Shown one piece after another: positions 26,861 through 40,400 of a stretch of DNA of 61,133 bases. The position numbers and the translations under genes were made by a program. The DNA is taken from the NCBI RefSeq assembly GCF_000002075.1, contig NW_004797425.1, forward strand, positions 577,359 through 638,491, read 5' to 3'. This DNA is from Aplysia californica (lineage: Eukaryota). How positions within the stretch are numbered: the first letter of the stretch is position 1; the number at the start of each line of letters is the position of its first letter. The notes under the pieces are model-generated. The model had not been told where the DNA came from. It made no database searches and worked only from the letters and a program-made list of their open reading frames with translations.

Positions 26861-27101
26861 GCTTTTTCGGTAGTTCCCATCCCCCCTTATTTGAGCCTGA
26901 CCTACATCTAGAAATCTACATCTATACGTTTGATGCGCGGCGAGCTAGGACATCAAACCTAACAACTGTAAAACATTATATTGTGGTAAAATTCAGGGGG
27001 GCATATTTTTGTTAGGTCAGGGGGGCTTCCCCTGAAATCCCCCTTCTCTTGGGGCAAATACCGGCGAATAACAATAGCGGGGTGGGAACTACTGAAAAAG
27101 C
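26861..27101. mobile_element. Short TIR element; inverted second copy at 28548-28756
   Basis: gctttttcggtagttccca ... tgggaactac(c/t)gaaaaagc ends; the internal sequence is shared in opposite orientation. Confidence 0.8.
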
Positions 27102-27159
27102 GCCGAGGGTTTTACGGCGGAACTTTACTTCGTAAGCTAATTAACTAATATGAACTTAC

Positions 27160-27247
27160 AAATATTTCTGTACAGCAGCTCATGCCCTTGCCGTTTGCAT
27201 GCTCGTACGGCACATGTGAACGGTATTCTCTGGAGAAAGCTGTTCAT
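27160..27247 (-). CDS. MRPS11: MRPS11 exon 1 (mitochondrial targeting peptide)
   Basis: ATG at 27247, MNSFLQRIPFTCAVRACKRQGHELLYRNI. GTAAG donor in phase 1 joins the next exon as RNIC-TSAVL. Confidence 0.8.
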
Positions 27248-27897
27248 TACACTACCACTAGGCCTACCGGCACTCAATTACGACACTGAGACGAGCTGTG
27301 TTGGTGGCGGTGGTGGTAATGCCAGTACAAAGGTGATGGCGGTTAGGCTACAGAACTATGGGACTAGGCCTATAAAATTATGTTGAAGACTAAGCAAGGT
27401 TTGGTACTGGCTTGGGTCTTATCAGCTCACTGATAAATCGGTTTGACTTTTGTAAACTTTAGATCAGATCTATCCACTCTTTTCCCTTCGGTTGGTACAC
27501 ATCTCTGATATCAAAACGAAAGGTCGAGCTGAAGCAAAACCAGCAGTACTCCATCTACGCAGAGTTAACTCCCTTCGATTGATTGAATGTAAAAATAGGA
27601 ACAGTCCCCTCGAAAGCGGATGTCTCAAACTTGTGGCTGATCGTTTTGTGGTCGTAGTTTGATTTAAGGTCTATTCTAAAAAAAAAATTAAACTAAGAAC
27701 CAAAACGAATGTCATTTGTTCATAAAAAAATTTATTTTACAACAAATTATAGGTAAAATGTACTAAGGTGTTGTTCCGCTCACTTGAACGTTAGTATTAA
27801 TTTTTTAATGACATCAAGCACTAACATAAATTCTACCACTTCCGGTTACTCTTGAGGAGGACGTTGGGGTCAGTCACGTCGAGCTCACGATACAAAC
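27248..27897. promoter_or_regulatory. Putative bidirectional promoter and 5' UTRs shared by MRPS11 and COX5A; ETS/GABP-type site ACTTCCGG at 27838-27845
   Basis: Divergent ATGs at 27247 (-) and 27898 (+). An ETS core and a GTCACGTC element lie just upstream of COX5A; local CpG retention. Confidence 0.6.
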
Positions 27898-27973
27898 ATG
27901 TTTCGAGTTGCATTAAGAGCTTCTGCTTCTCTTCAAAATGCCGCCAAGCAGTGCTTGAAGGTTCAAGGATCTG
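27898..27973 (+). CDS. COX5A: COX5A exon 1 (transit peptide)
   Basis: acaaacATG, MFRVALRASASLQNAAKQCLKVQGS, gtatgt donor in phase 1. Confidence 0.88.
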
Positions 27974-30900
27974 GTATGTGAAGCATTTGTGAATTATGTA
28001 TTTTATGCTTTTTGTTGACCTTATTAGCCTAAGCTCTCCCTTTCACTTATTTCATAGGCGAGCTTGCTAGGCTGCTCGGCAAGTGAAGTTGATAGGAGGA
28101 AGCAAGTTGATAAGACTGAGATTATTGGGGCTGGGGGGAGTCATTTGATTAAAATTTAATAAAAAATCACGTCATAAAAAAAAAGAAACTAATTGTAGGG
28201 CCAAGTCTAAAAACAAACTCACCAATAGATCTATCCTTTTCATCACAACGATACCAACTCTGATAAACTTGTTCACTGGGTCTTGACTTTGACAGGGCTT
28301 GGATTTGGAGAGGCGGGTCAAAGTCAAAGTACACTGCAGACAAACTGCCCGTGATCAATGACAGTTGTGAACACATGAAGCTGCAGCGAGCACCTAGATT
28401 CTAGATCTTGCACACCTCTATGATTAGCCCAAATATAGATGAAATTTTTTCCACCCTCTATTTTTGTCGCCTTCCGGCGTTTCCCTTGCCAATAGGCTAA
28501 CTAAAAGTTGACGAGATCTCCCGGTGTTTGAAGTTTGTTTTTTTTGCGCTTTTTCGGTAGTTCCCACCCCATAATTCTTATTTGCTGGTTTTGGCCCCAA
28601 GAGTAAGGGGGTTTCAGGGCATGCCCCCCTGAATTTTATCGTAATATTGATGTTTGCAGTTGTTAGGTTTGATATCTTAGCTCGCCGCGCATCAAAAGTA
28701 TAGATCTAGATGTAGATCTAGGCTCAAATAAGGGGGGTGGGAACTACCGAAAAAGCATTGTTTTTTGTGTTATCTTTTATAAACTAACAAATCTCAGCAT
28801 TTCTCATTTCATAAATTAACCTTCTCCTCAAAGTTGTACACTCACACACACAAGCATGCGCACACACAGCCCAAGCAGTTGGCAATGAAACCTACCTAGT
28901 GACGTAGCCCATTGCGCGCTAAGCGGCAAATCAGGCCCGCCATGGTGAGATCTAGTAGCAATGCCAATCACCCGCTGCGCCTTGTGCCGGAAATCGGCCT
29001 CCGCGCGAGGGGTATTTTTTGGGCCGCTCGGAATCAGAAGTGACTCTCTTCAAAGTTTAGTTACGGGAAAACTCCTGGACGAAAATAAATGAAACTCGGC
29101 AGCCAACCAGAGGAAAGGTTAAACTAACGACATGCCAGCGTACAATCCCGAACGATTACTAGAACCGGAGATATTGCCGTGTTTGTGAGAATTTCCTCTG
29201 CGGTTCGAAAACTAAGCGGAGCAGCGGGTTGATCGCCGACCACAGAAGCGCCCCACATGTCTTCTTTATTGCTGTAAAATTTCAGATCTCTGCGTTTAGT
29301 AGATTTTCCGTACCAACTTAAAATTACCACCCACCCATTGATAAAACACTAGATCTAGAAACTTAATCGCGCATTCCAAACGCGAGGTGCCGGCATGCAA
29401 GAGGCGCGTGATCGCTAGGCGGCATGTGATTGGCTGCCTATAACCAAATGGGTCACCGATGACTACATCGCGGGTTTTCCCGATTGCGCTTTACTGAGTT
29501 TTAGAAGGGGTGATCGCGTCGCGGTAAAAACGATGTCACGCAATTCAACAAATTTCACGCAAATATCAGTCTTTAAGATCCAAAGTAATGAAGACAACGA
29601 AAAAGTGATACCAGAACTAGATTTGGCACTAAAAATCACATGGAGATGCCAAGTTTCATTCATATGCTCCAATTCATTACTGACTTATGAACAGTTTTTC
29701 CTCAAAATACATCAAAACATGTCCCACATTTTGGCGATTTTTTCCTATATGAAGGTCCTCCAACATTTTGCAAACAAAAATCCCAATAACTTTTTTATTT
29801 ATCAATGGATTTTTTAAATTTGAAAACCACAGTTCTTAGAATTTACTCTAGTTTCATTTAAGCCCATTTTTAAGCAATTCGGATGAAAATTTAATTTTTC
29901 ATTGTCATTGCTAGATCTAGTCAACTGGAGTCAACTGGTGAGGGAAGCACAGGAAGACGGCAAAAATAGATGATCGATGGAAATACATCATCTATATATT
30001 TGAGCCATTCACAGAGGTGTGCTTGGTGCTCGCTGTGGCTTCATGTTTGTGTTGTGAAGAGAGAAATTCTGTAATGAGCGACCACTATAAAACAGAATAT
30101 AAGGTTAGGGTTTGGGGAAGGGGTAAGGATAGTGGTAGGGTTAGGTCTCTTCTTTATTGTTGTGGGGAGGAGTTCCTCAGAGGGCCAGCACTTACCGTGA
30201 CTAGGTCCAAGGACCAATGAGCAAACTATACTTGCTTTCCAGTGCAAACGAATTCTACTTTCACTCTATGTCAATTGATACTATTATACTATTTCTAATT
30301 CTCTGTGGCAGACAGAGCAAGCCATCTAACACTGAATCAGTCTCAAGCCACAATCATTGAAGGGACTGTCGTGTTGCTTTGTACCTTGTACCAGTAACTT
30401 GCTAGGGAAGCAGGGTATTGCGAACTGTGAATGGAATCACAACTGGGATTTTGCACTAGGTTAGCCAACACTGGATTGATTTTTACTTTGGGATCTGGGT
30501 TACCGGGGATCTGCACGCACATGCTCTGTCTGTTTTAGGGGCTAAACTACCATATTTTTTCCTGCAGAACAGACATATATATATATATATAATAATAAAT
30601 AGCATTTGTACATCCCCGCTCAACAGCAAGCTCTATACATATAAAGCTACAGCGAGCAACTAGCACACCACTGTGATTGGCCCACATGACGTATAAATTT
30701 GCGCCATGTATTTTTGTCGTCTTACGGGGTATCCCCAAAGACTCTTGGGTTTCCCTCGCCAGTAACTGTTGAATAGATTTCGCTGTGTTTGGGGTTTTTT
30801 TGGGGTTTTTTTCGCATTGTGTTATCTTTTATAAACATATTACATATAATAATAAATATAAATAATCTCAGTAATTCTTGTTCCTTAAATTTACTATTTA

Positions 30901-32796
30901 CCCCCTGAAAGTTGTACACACACAAACATATGTGTACCCCCCGGGGCGGTGCTACTGACTGAAGTATCTTTAGGCCATTCCCAAAGAGGAAGACAGTAAC
31001 ATATCCTGTTCTTATGCACAGTAGAATTGTAATTGTAAATGGGCTGATTCATCAATGTCATGCTCATAACTGTGCCTGAACTGCAACAGGGAACTGCTGC
31101 TTTTTCTTTCTTCTAATAATCCTTACTATCGTCATTTTCCTCTACTTCTTTTGTATGTTTGTCACACTCTTGTGACCCGTTATTTCTGAGTTGCCTTGAT
31201 AGTCGAAGCAGACTTTTTTCTGGTGAAGCTAGAGAGGTAAACAGAGTAAGTTTGATTCGCGGTAAGTACTTCTCTGTTGACATCCACCTTTTGGCGCTCC
31301 TATGACCTTATGCAGTTGCGAGCGCTTTAAAATCTCTACTAAACAAACACGCGTGTGCGCTCCGGGCAACACACTCAGCCCAAGCAGTCGGTGATGAACT
31401 GTAGTGTAAAACCTTTTCTGTAAAATTCTTATGGAAGTGTGTTTATATATATGGACATAAAAGGTGTTGAGCCAAAAATCGAAAATTCAACAAAAATTGC
31501 CAAACTGACAGAAAAATGTCTGTTTCTTCAATTTCACTCTTTTGACGAGCGCCTGATTTCACCACGCTGTATCACATATAGTCATTAACCCTACAGAATC
31601 AATTGTTTTCAAGAAAATCTCAAACTTTATTTCAAAACATCAAATTTTAGTGAAATACGGGGGAGCCTGCCCCCCTGAAACTCCCCATGTTGTTACTACT
31701 ACCGAATCTAGGTCTGGATTGCTAAGTTCGGTCACTAATTCTTACATCCTCCCACTTGCTTCTACTATGCTTTGAACCCTCTACATAACTTGGTTTAGCA
31801 CTAGAAAAGTCTGGATTCCACCTGTCATTGATTCATGGGTCTATCAGTTTGAAAATGCTCTTCGGGTCGTCAAGAAATAATATTGACATTTAAGTCAGTA
31901 ATAAGGGATGTAATTACAACAATCTTCAATGGACTCATAATGAACAGCGGTTACATACCCGTGAAGACTAGCCTCAAAACACGTTTAGTTATTGTACAAA
32001 TTAAATAGGAAATAAATTCGAAATTGATGAGTTGCGGCAGTGGCAGTACCTCGTCTATCAATTTTTTCCAGAGACACCTTGGGTTCTTTAAAACAATGAG
32101 AATAATGAATCAAAATTTCAAAACTAAAACTTTGACAGTATTTTGGGTTCTAAATAAGAGTAATATTCTCAAATCGTATTTTCAGATACTTTTGAAAAAG
32201 TTATTTTTCTCATGCATGACCCTTTCAGATTAATAAAAGGTTGTTTTCTACTGGAAGCAGCATTATGTATATTTTCCTGTGTGTAGCAATCGGTCAATAT
32301 AAATCTTTCCATTTGTTCCTAAATTATGTAGCCTATAACTATAATATGAGTTGTTATATTTTCAGACTGGAGAAGAATATTTTAATTTTCACATGATTTG
32401 TGTATCATTTGATACTGCTCTTTCAGTAACCAGATTCAAAGATGTAGCACTGAAAATGAACTCTACGAGTAAGAATATTGGTCTTGTGTCTTGTTAATTC
32501 TGCATCCAGATGAAAGTAGCCAGTGGAAGTGCTAGCTGAGCACAGTTGGTTCTTGCACCCTTAGTGACATTAACTATATATACAATATCAAAGCTGTTGA
32601 TTGCACTGAAGAATTAATCTTATTTTAATTTCTTAAGTTTTTGAGAGAATTTTTGTGTTGATGATGATTTTTTTCCAAGCCATTTTGATCTCTGCGTTTT
32701 GGATTCCACTTTTTATTAAATTGTTAGTGTTAGAGTTTAAATGACAGGATTTGTATTTCCGTGTCAAACAAAAACCTACTATTTGTCTGTCAACAG

Positions 32797-32927
32797 CCCT
32801 CACTGCTGTGCGTCATGGACATGGCAAAGTGGAAACTGAAGAAGAGTTCGACAGCAGATATGTGAAGTACTTTGATCGACCAGACATTGATGGCTGGGAA
32901 ATCCGCAAGGCTATGAATGATTTGACT
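32797..32927 (+). CDS. COX5A: COX5A exon 2
   Basis: ALTAVRHGHGKVETEEEFDSRYVKYFDRPDIDGWEIRKAMNDLT, the COX Va ETxEEFDxRxxxYF motif. Confidence 0.96.
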
Positions 32928-34261
32928 GTAAGTGAACTGAAAACATTGTCAATGGCAATTTTACTGGCTCTTGGTCAAATCTTAGTCTGGAACTGGGTAA
33001 CAATGGAGATATGTTCTTTCTAAGATCTTCTTCAAGATTTTCACCCCCCCCCCCCCCCCCCCCCCCCCCCCCAGCGGGGCAGTGCCACTAACTGTAGTGT
33101 CTTTGGGCAATTCCCAACGGAGGGACATTTCTCGTTCAAGCACAGTAGATGGGCTGATTCATGTCACGCTCATAACTGCCTGGTCTACTACAGGGAACTG
33201 CTGCTTTTTCTTTCTTAATCCTTACTATTGTCATTTTCCTCTACTTCTTTTGTATGTTTGTCACTCTCTTGTGACCTGCTATTTCCGGGGTGCCTTGATA
33301 GTCGAAGCAGACCTTGTGCTGTTGAAGCTAGAGAAGTGAGCAGACTAAGTCTGATTCCCTGTAAAGACTTCTCTGTTGACACCCACCCCTTGGCGCTCAT
33401 ATGACCTTATGCAGTTGCGAGCGTCGTAAAACCTTCTACTATAAAAAAATAAAAAGTTCAAGATTTTCAGTTTTTCTTGTAATCTTTTACCATTAATGAT
33501 TTTCATGTCCACATCGATAGTACATGAATGTAGTAGAAGATGGTGTACATTGAAGCCTACCAAAAGTTGGTCTTAAAACCCAACTTATGTGTGTACCCTT
33601 CACCTTTTTTGTGGTAAAACTCTACCAGTTTAATTGTTAGCTTACATTATAATCAGTGCTTGTGACTGCTTATAACAGTGGCCCGAAAAGGGTGGACAGG
33701 ATATTTATGTGAAACAGTTTCGAGTGTTGTGCACACTGCTCATTGGTGATTTTCTAAATGTTACTATTTAAATTTATATGGCCATTTTCTATCACGGTCT
33801 ATGGATAATTTGACTGCGACAATGTTTCCAAATTAAGAACGGGAAGCAGTGATTATTTGATTATTTATGGAGACTTGTGATGCCACTTTTGCTACAGAAA
33901 GTGGAAAAAGGATTAGGAGACTTTACTTCTTTGCATGGCTAGCCATTATTTGGTGATCGAAGTTAAAACATCATGTAGGAGGGAAATTTACTGTATTGAT
34001 TCAGCTTGATGACCAAATGATAATACCGATGTTTTATTCAATCAATGATTACGCTAACCTTTTCCGGAGCTGGGAAATTCATGTTGATTTTTTTACTTTG
34101 GCAGGTGGATTGTTTATCGGAGCCCTATTTCAATCTTTCTTTTGCTTTGTTTGTGACAAGTATATTTGGAACTACTTGTATTTGTTGGGATGACAGCTTT
34201 CTGCTCTTCTCAGTTCTTTAAAAAAGTTGTAATCATGGTATCAAATCTATTTCTTGCACAG

Positions 34262-34366
34262 GGTGAGGACTTGGTACCCGAGCCTAAAATCATCATTGCT
34301 GCTCTGAAGGCCTGTAGAAGACTGAACGACTACTCCTTAGCTGTGAGGTACCTTGAGTCAGTACAG
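34262..34366 (+). CDS. COX5A: COX5A exon 3
   Basis: [35 protein letters not shown], a COX Va signature. Confidence 0.96.
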
Positions 34367-35251
34367 GTAGGTGCCTTTTTTTTTTTCTTTTTTTTTTTTT
34401 TTGCTTCTTCAAGAATATGGTTCTTTTAATGATTTAAAAATGCTTGCCGCCTATTTGACATTTTAGGATGTTATAGGACTTTCGTTCTCTGGTATTTTTG
34501 CTTCCTTTACACTTGTTTTATCATAACTGGTACAGCCACCCTGTATTGAGTTTGTAATGTGTTTAAGGTTGGTGAGATTCAAATTAAAAGAGGCAAAGAA
34601 GAGGTTCTGTTATTTATGGCTATAACCTACATGCTCATACATAGGTTACTTGATTTTTATTATACTCAATTGTTATACAATAGGCTCTGCCTAAACGCAC
34701 ACCATATAAAGGCATATTTGCTCAAACACAGGCTTTTGTTATTTTCTTTGACCATGATAAAGTTGTGCGAGAAATCAGATACCACATTACTTGAGATTGG
34801 ATTTCATTGACTTACTCCGGTATCTATTTCAAGCTGCCTTCGTACATTGTTGAGTCATCATCATGGTCTGACAGAGGTAGACATAATTTTATGCACTGGG
34901 CTCTTTTGTCTGAAAGAAATAAGAGAACCTTTACTTTAGTGTTGGAAATAATTTTATAAGATCAAAGGCACCATTTTTGGATCAATATACAGTGCAGCCT
35001 CTCTATAACCGTATCCTCTGTATTGTGACATGGTGCTCAGGTTCCACTTTTTCCCTTTATATATATCATTAGTATTTTTTTGTTGCCTCTCTATAACGAC
35101 ATCTCACTGTATTTGTATGAATTGATTTAAGTTGTATGCTGGTGAAAACACTTTGTCTTATTTTAAGGTGTTAACAGCACTACATTGTTCTGTTGTTTTT
35201 CTCCTATAATTGATTTCTGCTAAGTGAAATATTTTTCACTTCCTCTTTCAG

Positions 35252-35398
35252 TGGAAATGTGGGACCCAAAAGGCAAAGATCTGGCCTTATATACACCAGG
35301 AGATCAAACCCACCTTGGAAGAGCTTGGCATCCTGACACCAGAAGAGATGGGTTATGATAAACCTGAACTAGCCCTGAAGAGTGTATTTGACATGTAA
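35252..35398 (+). CDS. COX5A: COX5A exon 4 (contains stop)
   Basis: [51 protein letters not shown]. Confidence 0.96.
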   Translation, partial: WKCGTQKAKIWPYIHQEIKPTLEELGILTPEEMGYDKPELALKSVFDM

Positions 35399-37265
35399 AT
35401 GCCTAGCAGTGAAGTATTGAGGTAAGTGAAGATGTGTGTGTGTGTGTGTGTGCGTGCTGACTGTAGTGAAGAACATTGTGAAAGAGTGGCACAGTACTGT
35501 CAGGCTTTCCATAACAATCCTTTGTATAGATAGATAGCCATTCTGCATTGATTGCGCTGCGTTTTAAAAAAAACAACTGTATAGCTTGTATTGCCAAATC
35601 CCATAAGATTTTTTTGTGTCTAAATGCCCCTTGGAGCCAAGCCCTTGTTGATGATAGTAACTTCCTCAGCTTATATTTTATACCATTGGTCGATATCAGG
35701 ACGTGTGCTGGTAATGTTGAGTTCATTTTGTGGCTTTGTTTTACATTTACATTGCTGCCTCACCTATGTTGACTGTAAATTACCTCTATTTTGTCATCGA
35801 GTGTTAACATTTTGTAAAGGAATTTTAGTTCAACTACATTTTGGGATGCCTTACAACCTGGTATTACGTACTATTTTGATAAGTACAAAAGGGTGTCTGT
35901 GGCGTAGTAGTTAGGCACTTCAGTATTGGGATATTTGTGTTCGATTCCTATTTGAAGAAATTATTACAACAATTTTGTATCTCCCTCGGTCTGCTGTGGC
36001 ATTGCATCCCTCTCCGCCCTAATTTTCTGTGACAGATATGTTGGAAGCAGCCTGCTGCCAAAATCTTTAAAATTGTGTCTGTGAGGGCAATTGCATATGA
36101 GATATTCTTGTTTTTCGAGGGATAGAATACAAATTCTTGGTCATTTTAAAGGATTGCTTCCCTTGTTGGTCCATTGTTGATCAGTCTCCAAAATTTCATT
36201 ACTTTCTAAACTTGAAATCAATTCAGTATAGTAGATGGTTTTACGGCGCTCGCAAATGCATAAGGTCATATGAGCGCCAAGGGATGGGTGTCAACAGAGA
36301 AGTCTTTACAGGGAATCAGACTTAACTATCAAGGCACCCCGGAAATAGAAGGTCACAAGAGAGTGACAAACATACAAAAGAAGTAGAGGAAAATGACAAT
36401 AGTAAGGATTAAGAAAGAAAAACAGCAGTTCCCTGTTGTAGATCAGGCACAGTTATGAGCGTGACATGAATCAGCCCATTTACAATTCTACTGTGCTTGA
36501 ACGAGAAATGTCCTCCCTTTGGGAATGGCCTAAAGTCAGTGGCACTGCACCGGGGGGGTGTTAGATTTTTAAAATATTTTTTATCCATTTAGTACCTTTA
36601 GGTTTAAGTAACAAGCATATCACCAATGGTCCTAATCATTTTCCATGGTTATGATTCCATTGAAAAAAGCTATTATTGGATGCCATTTTTGACAAGAACT
36701 CAGGGCATTGTGCTTTTAGTTTTTTAAAACTTAGTGTAAGGCCATTCTGTCTCACAATGGGTCTGTTTGATTTTGTGCATAAGTCTGATTTTGGCCATTA
36801 TGATAGCATGTTGACAATATGTAGCCTACTTGTTTGTACCGGTATGCAGTTTTCCTTTTAGATTTCCAATCACTGTCAACAGCACCATGGTTTCTGGTCA
36901 TTAGGTTGAGTTTTTGTGCTGTAGTTCATTTGTTTGATATAGAGAATAGCATTGTGTCGGCAGCATGCGAGCGTCTTAGGGGCAGAATCTTTATTTTATC
37001 TATGTCAATACTGTTTTACAGATGGGTGATGCATAGTGTATTGATTAATTAATAGCTTCGGAGAGTTGTATGTATGATACTGACAGCATTGATTTGACCT
37101 CGACACCCCTAGTGTGGAGTGTCACTGTTGAATAGTTCAGTTGAATCCGTTTATGGCAATCCAGTCAACTCTGCTGAAATAGTTAACTCGGAATAGAATT
37201 TGTTTTAAGGTACGGTATACACACTTCATACTTCAAGCAAACATTTTCCATTGCTCTCTTTTCAG

Positions 37266-37410
37266 TGACAGGAGAACTCGGTGAAGTGCACAGAGGGCCT
37301 GAAATTCCGTCAGCTGTTGGGTGTTTTGTGTACTGTCATTTTTATCTAGTAGCAGTCAGTTCTCTACTTTTTTCATTATTGAAGTGAAATAAATGTTGAA
37401 AATTTTTCTT
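37266..37410 (+). other. COX5A: Putative non-coding last exon of COX5A with polyA signal
   Basis: Strong donor GAG|GTAAGT at 35421/35422, 23 nt after the stop. Acceptor ctctcttttcag ends at 37265. AATAAA at 37388-37393 is followed by a GT/T-rich tract. Confidence 0.6.
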
Positions 37411-40400
37411 GCCTTTTGTTGTTCATTTGTTTATGATTTATGTGTGTGGTTTGTCATATTCTTTAGGGAATGTTAGGGACCTTTTTGTGTTGTATCAGGA
37501 CTGTTGTCCTTTTTCCTTGGAGTACAGTTCCAAATGAATTTTATAATTTGCTGGAATACTATAGAGTTGAGGAAGTGAGTGGTTGGCAGGTGCTCTGGTG
37601 TGGCTTGCTTCTTCTTTCCTATCAAATACCTATCGTCCTTATCTCCTCTCCTTTTTTACAACTCTATTGTAACACCTCTTATCTTCTGGCGCTCATATGA
37701 CCTTACGCAGTTGCGAGCGCCGCAAAACCCTCTACTATAAAAAAAAATAATACTTACCAAGGACCCTCATGCTATGGAAGTCTCCAAACTTTTTCGGCCA
37801 TTTAATTTCTTACTAATTTTACCTCTGGACCAGGCGATCCCCCCACCTCCTTCAATCGCAAATATCTCGACTTCTGTTCCAGATAGGTGAGTATTTTTTT
37901 CCTCAAAAGCAAGCAGCAAGACAAAGAACATGCTTTATGATGATACCTGTAATTCCACATGCCCAAAAATTGAATAGCGTCTGATTCCACAGATTCGTGG
38001 CACATTTCATTCAGAGATGCAGAACTTGCAAACTCCTCACTGATTGACAGTTTGCTTTTGACAACTTCACACCGTGTTGTTTGGAACGTAATGTCAGAAT
38101 CAAAACATTTCAATTTCCAGTTGCAATACAGTTTTGTTTACAGAGTAGAAGTCCTGTTGGATATCCTCTTCAAAGTTACATAGCTATACAAGCTCTGTGG
38201 TTTTGGAGTCCCAGGATGAAGGAGATGTCCTGACTTTTAATTTTGTGTTCAAGGTGTCCATGACCCTAAGACATATTTTGAAAAGTAAATTAATAAAGAC
38301 TTGGGTCACACAATAGTTTTCCTTTTAATCTGTAAGTTGTATGAGTTATTAAACTGTCCCCGTCATTTTATCTGTCCCCGTAGAATTATTCAAATTCAGA
38401 TGGTCAAATTATGCCCAAAAAATGCAAGTTACCGTAACACCATTCGCGACATGTTTTACACTTTTTCAACACGAATTTTCATGTTTTATATTTAATGTAC
38501 TGAAAAATTTAAAACAACATATCAGTATCAGTAAATTTTTGTGTATTTGGAAAGAAAACAATACACATCAGTAAAAAAAAAAACAACCAAAAATTATAAT
38601 CTCTGTAACTTTCCAGCTCTAGATCTAGATCTATAGGGGAAAGAAAAATGTAAAGAAAAAAAAAAGGACATCTGGACCACTGATGCTGGCATATTACTAA
38701 AACCAGGGACACCTGTCAAATATGAAACATCAGCAGACATGAGAGAGAACAACTTTTGATGGATTTACACAATCCCAACCCATAACCAAGATCTACTAAG
38801 GGAAATAACCAACTTTTCATTTAAATTAGACTTATTACGGTGATTATTTCCCTTTAGTCACATGGCGAGGCGTTAATTGTTTTGTGTGAAAAAACGCGGG
38901 GAATCCAAAATTATGCAAATGTTGCAGAATTACGCGATAAAACGCGGCTGCGCAATTGCATAATCCTACGGGGACAGTTTTATGCAAGAAAAATTCTTAA
39001 ATTATGCAAACTGAACCCGAAAATGTGAAATTATGCGGTTCTGTAAACTTTAACAAAGAATGATGAAGGAAAATTTATAATCAGAAATTACGCAAAAAAT
39101 GATGAGATTTTGCTAGATTATGCGGAGTACATAAAACCACGGGGACATATTTAATAAGTTATTTGTAGTAATTGCTGATACCTCTGAAGTTGCATAATAA
39201 TACAACATAATTTTATTGTTCTGTATTCGAGCCATCTGGTGTCTGCTTTGTTATAGCTAGCTATGCTGTCTGCCGTAGCATGAAGGAGGAGTCAGTTCGA
39301 TTCCAGATCGGGGAAGTTTTTTTTTTTTGGGGGGGTGGCCTTATTTAGGCCACATATGGTCCTGAATAGTATCGTTTTAGTATGGCCTACAAAAAAAAAA
39401 CCCAGCAACATGTTCATGTACTGTACATATCACCCCCCCCCCCCCCAAAAGGACACTTTTCATTCAAACATATGGCACAGCAGAATCTTGTTTGTTACCG
39501 TACTTGACGGGCAGTAAGAGCTGTACAACAGAAGAACCCTGTTGAACTGCCGACTTCATACTTGTCCCAAGGGTGGCAGTATATAACGAGGTTTGACTGT
39601 GACTATATAAAGTATATTCAAACTATTTCTTCCTCAAGTAGGTCCTAACTCTGATGTCATAGTACTCATAGTCATTCATACACACAATGGGCTTGATCCA
39701 ATTTTATTTGGAACAGAAAATCCGGCACCAAAATATTTCATATGTTGAAAAACATTTTTATCATTTTAAAAACCAATGTAGGCTTACTTATTCAATTCAG
39801 TAGCCAACACATTTTATGGGGTAGCAGCTCAACATTGTAACTTGAGTTTTTAAAAGGAAAAATGATTTTTCACCTCTTCACTAAATCCACCAATAACGCC
39901 TGCAATATAATATAACTACATCACATGTAAAGATATGTTTTCAAAATAATCGCAAAACTTTTGAAATTTTCACAGAACATGCGCACCTTCCCAGTGCCTT
40001 GAAATATTTGTTAGAAAAAGTTTTTAAACGTGATGAACATCGATTTCCTCCAAACCCCGACTTATAATATGTGTGAGCTGCTACCTTGCATTTTATGTAT
40101 TTCCTGAAAAGTGAGATACCAGGGTGTGACACGTATAAAAGTATAAGGACCAAAATCAAATTTAAGAAGCAACTCTAATTGATGTACATGTAGCCAAAAT
40201 GTTTGCTCTTACAGACTGGGTTACTCACACAGCTGTGTGCAATAGTCTTGGTGTTGTGCTGGTGTCATCACAACAGCAAAAGTTTGAATATATAAAAACA
40301 ATAACAACAAATTTTAAAAAATGCTCTCCAATAATGAGACACGTAAACCCCAATTCAAAGTTTATTTACATTAAAAAGTTCTCTTAATATATATCTAAGT

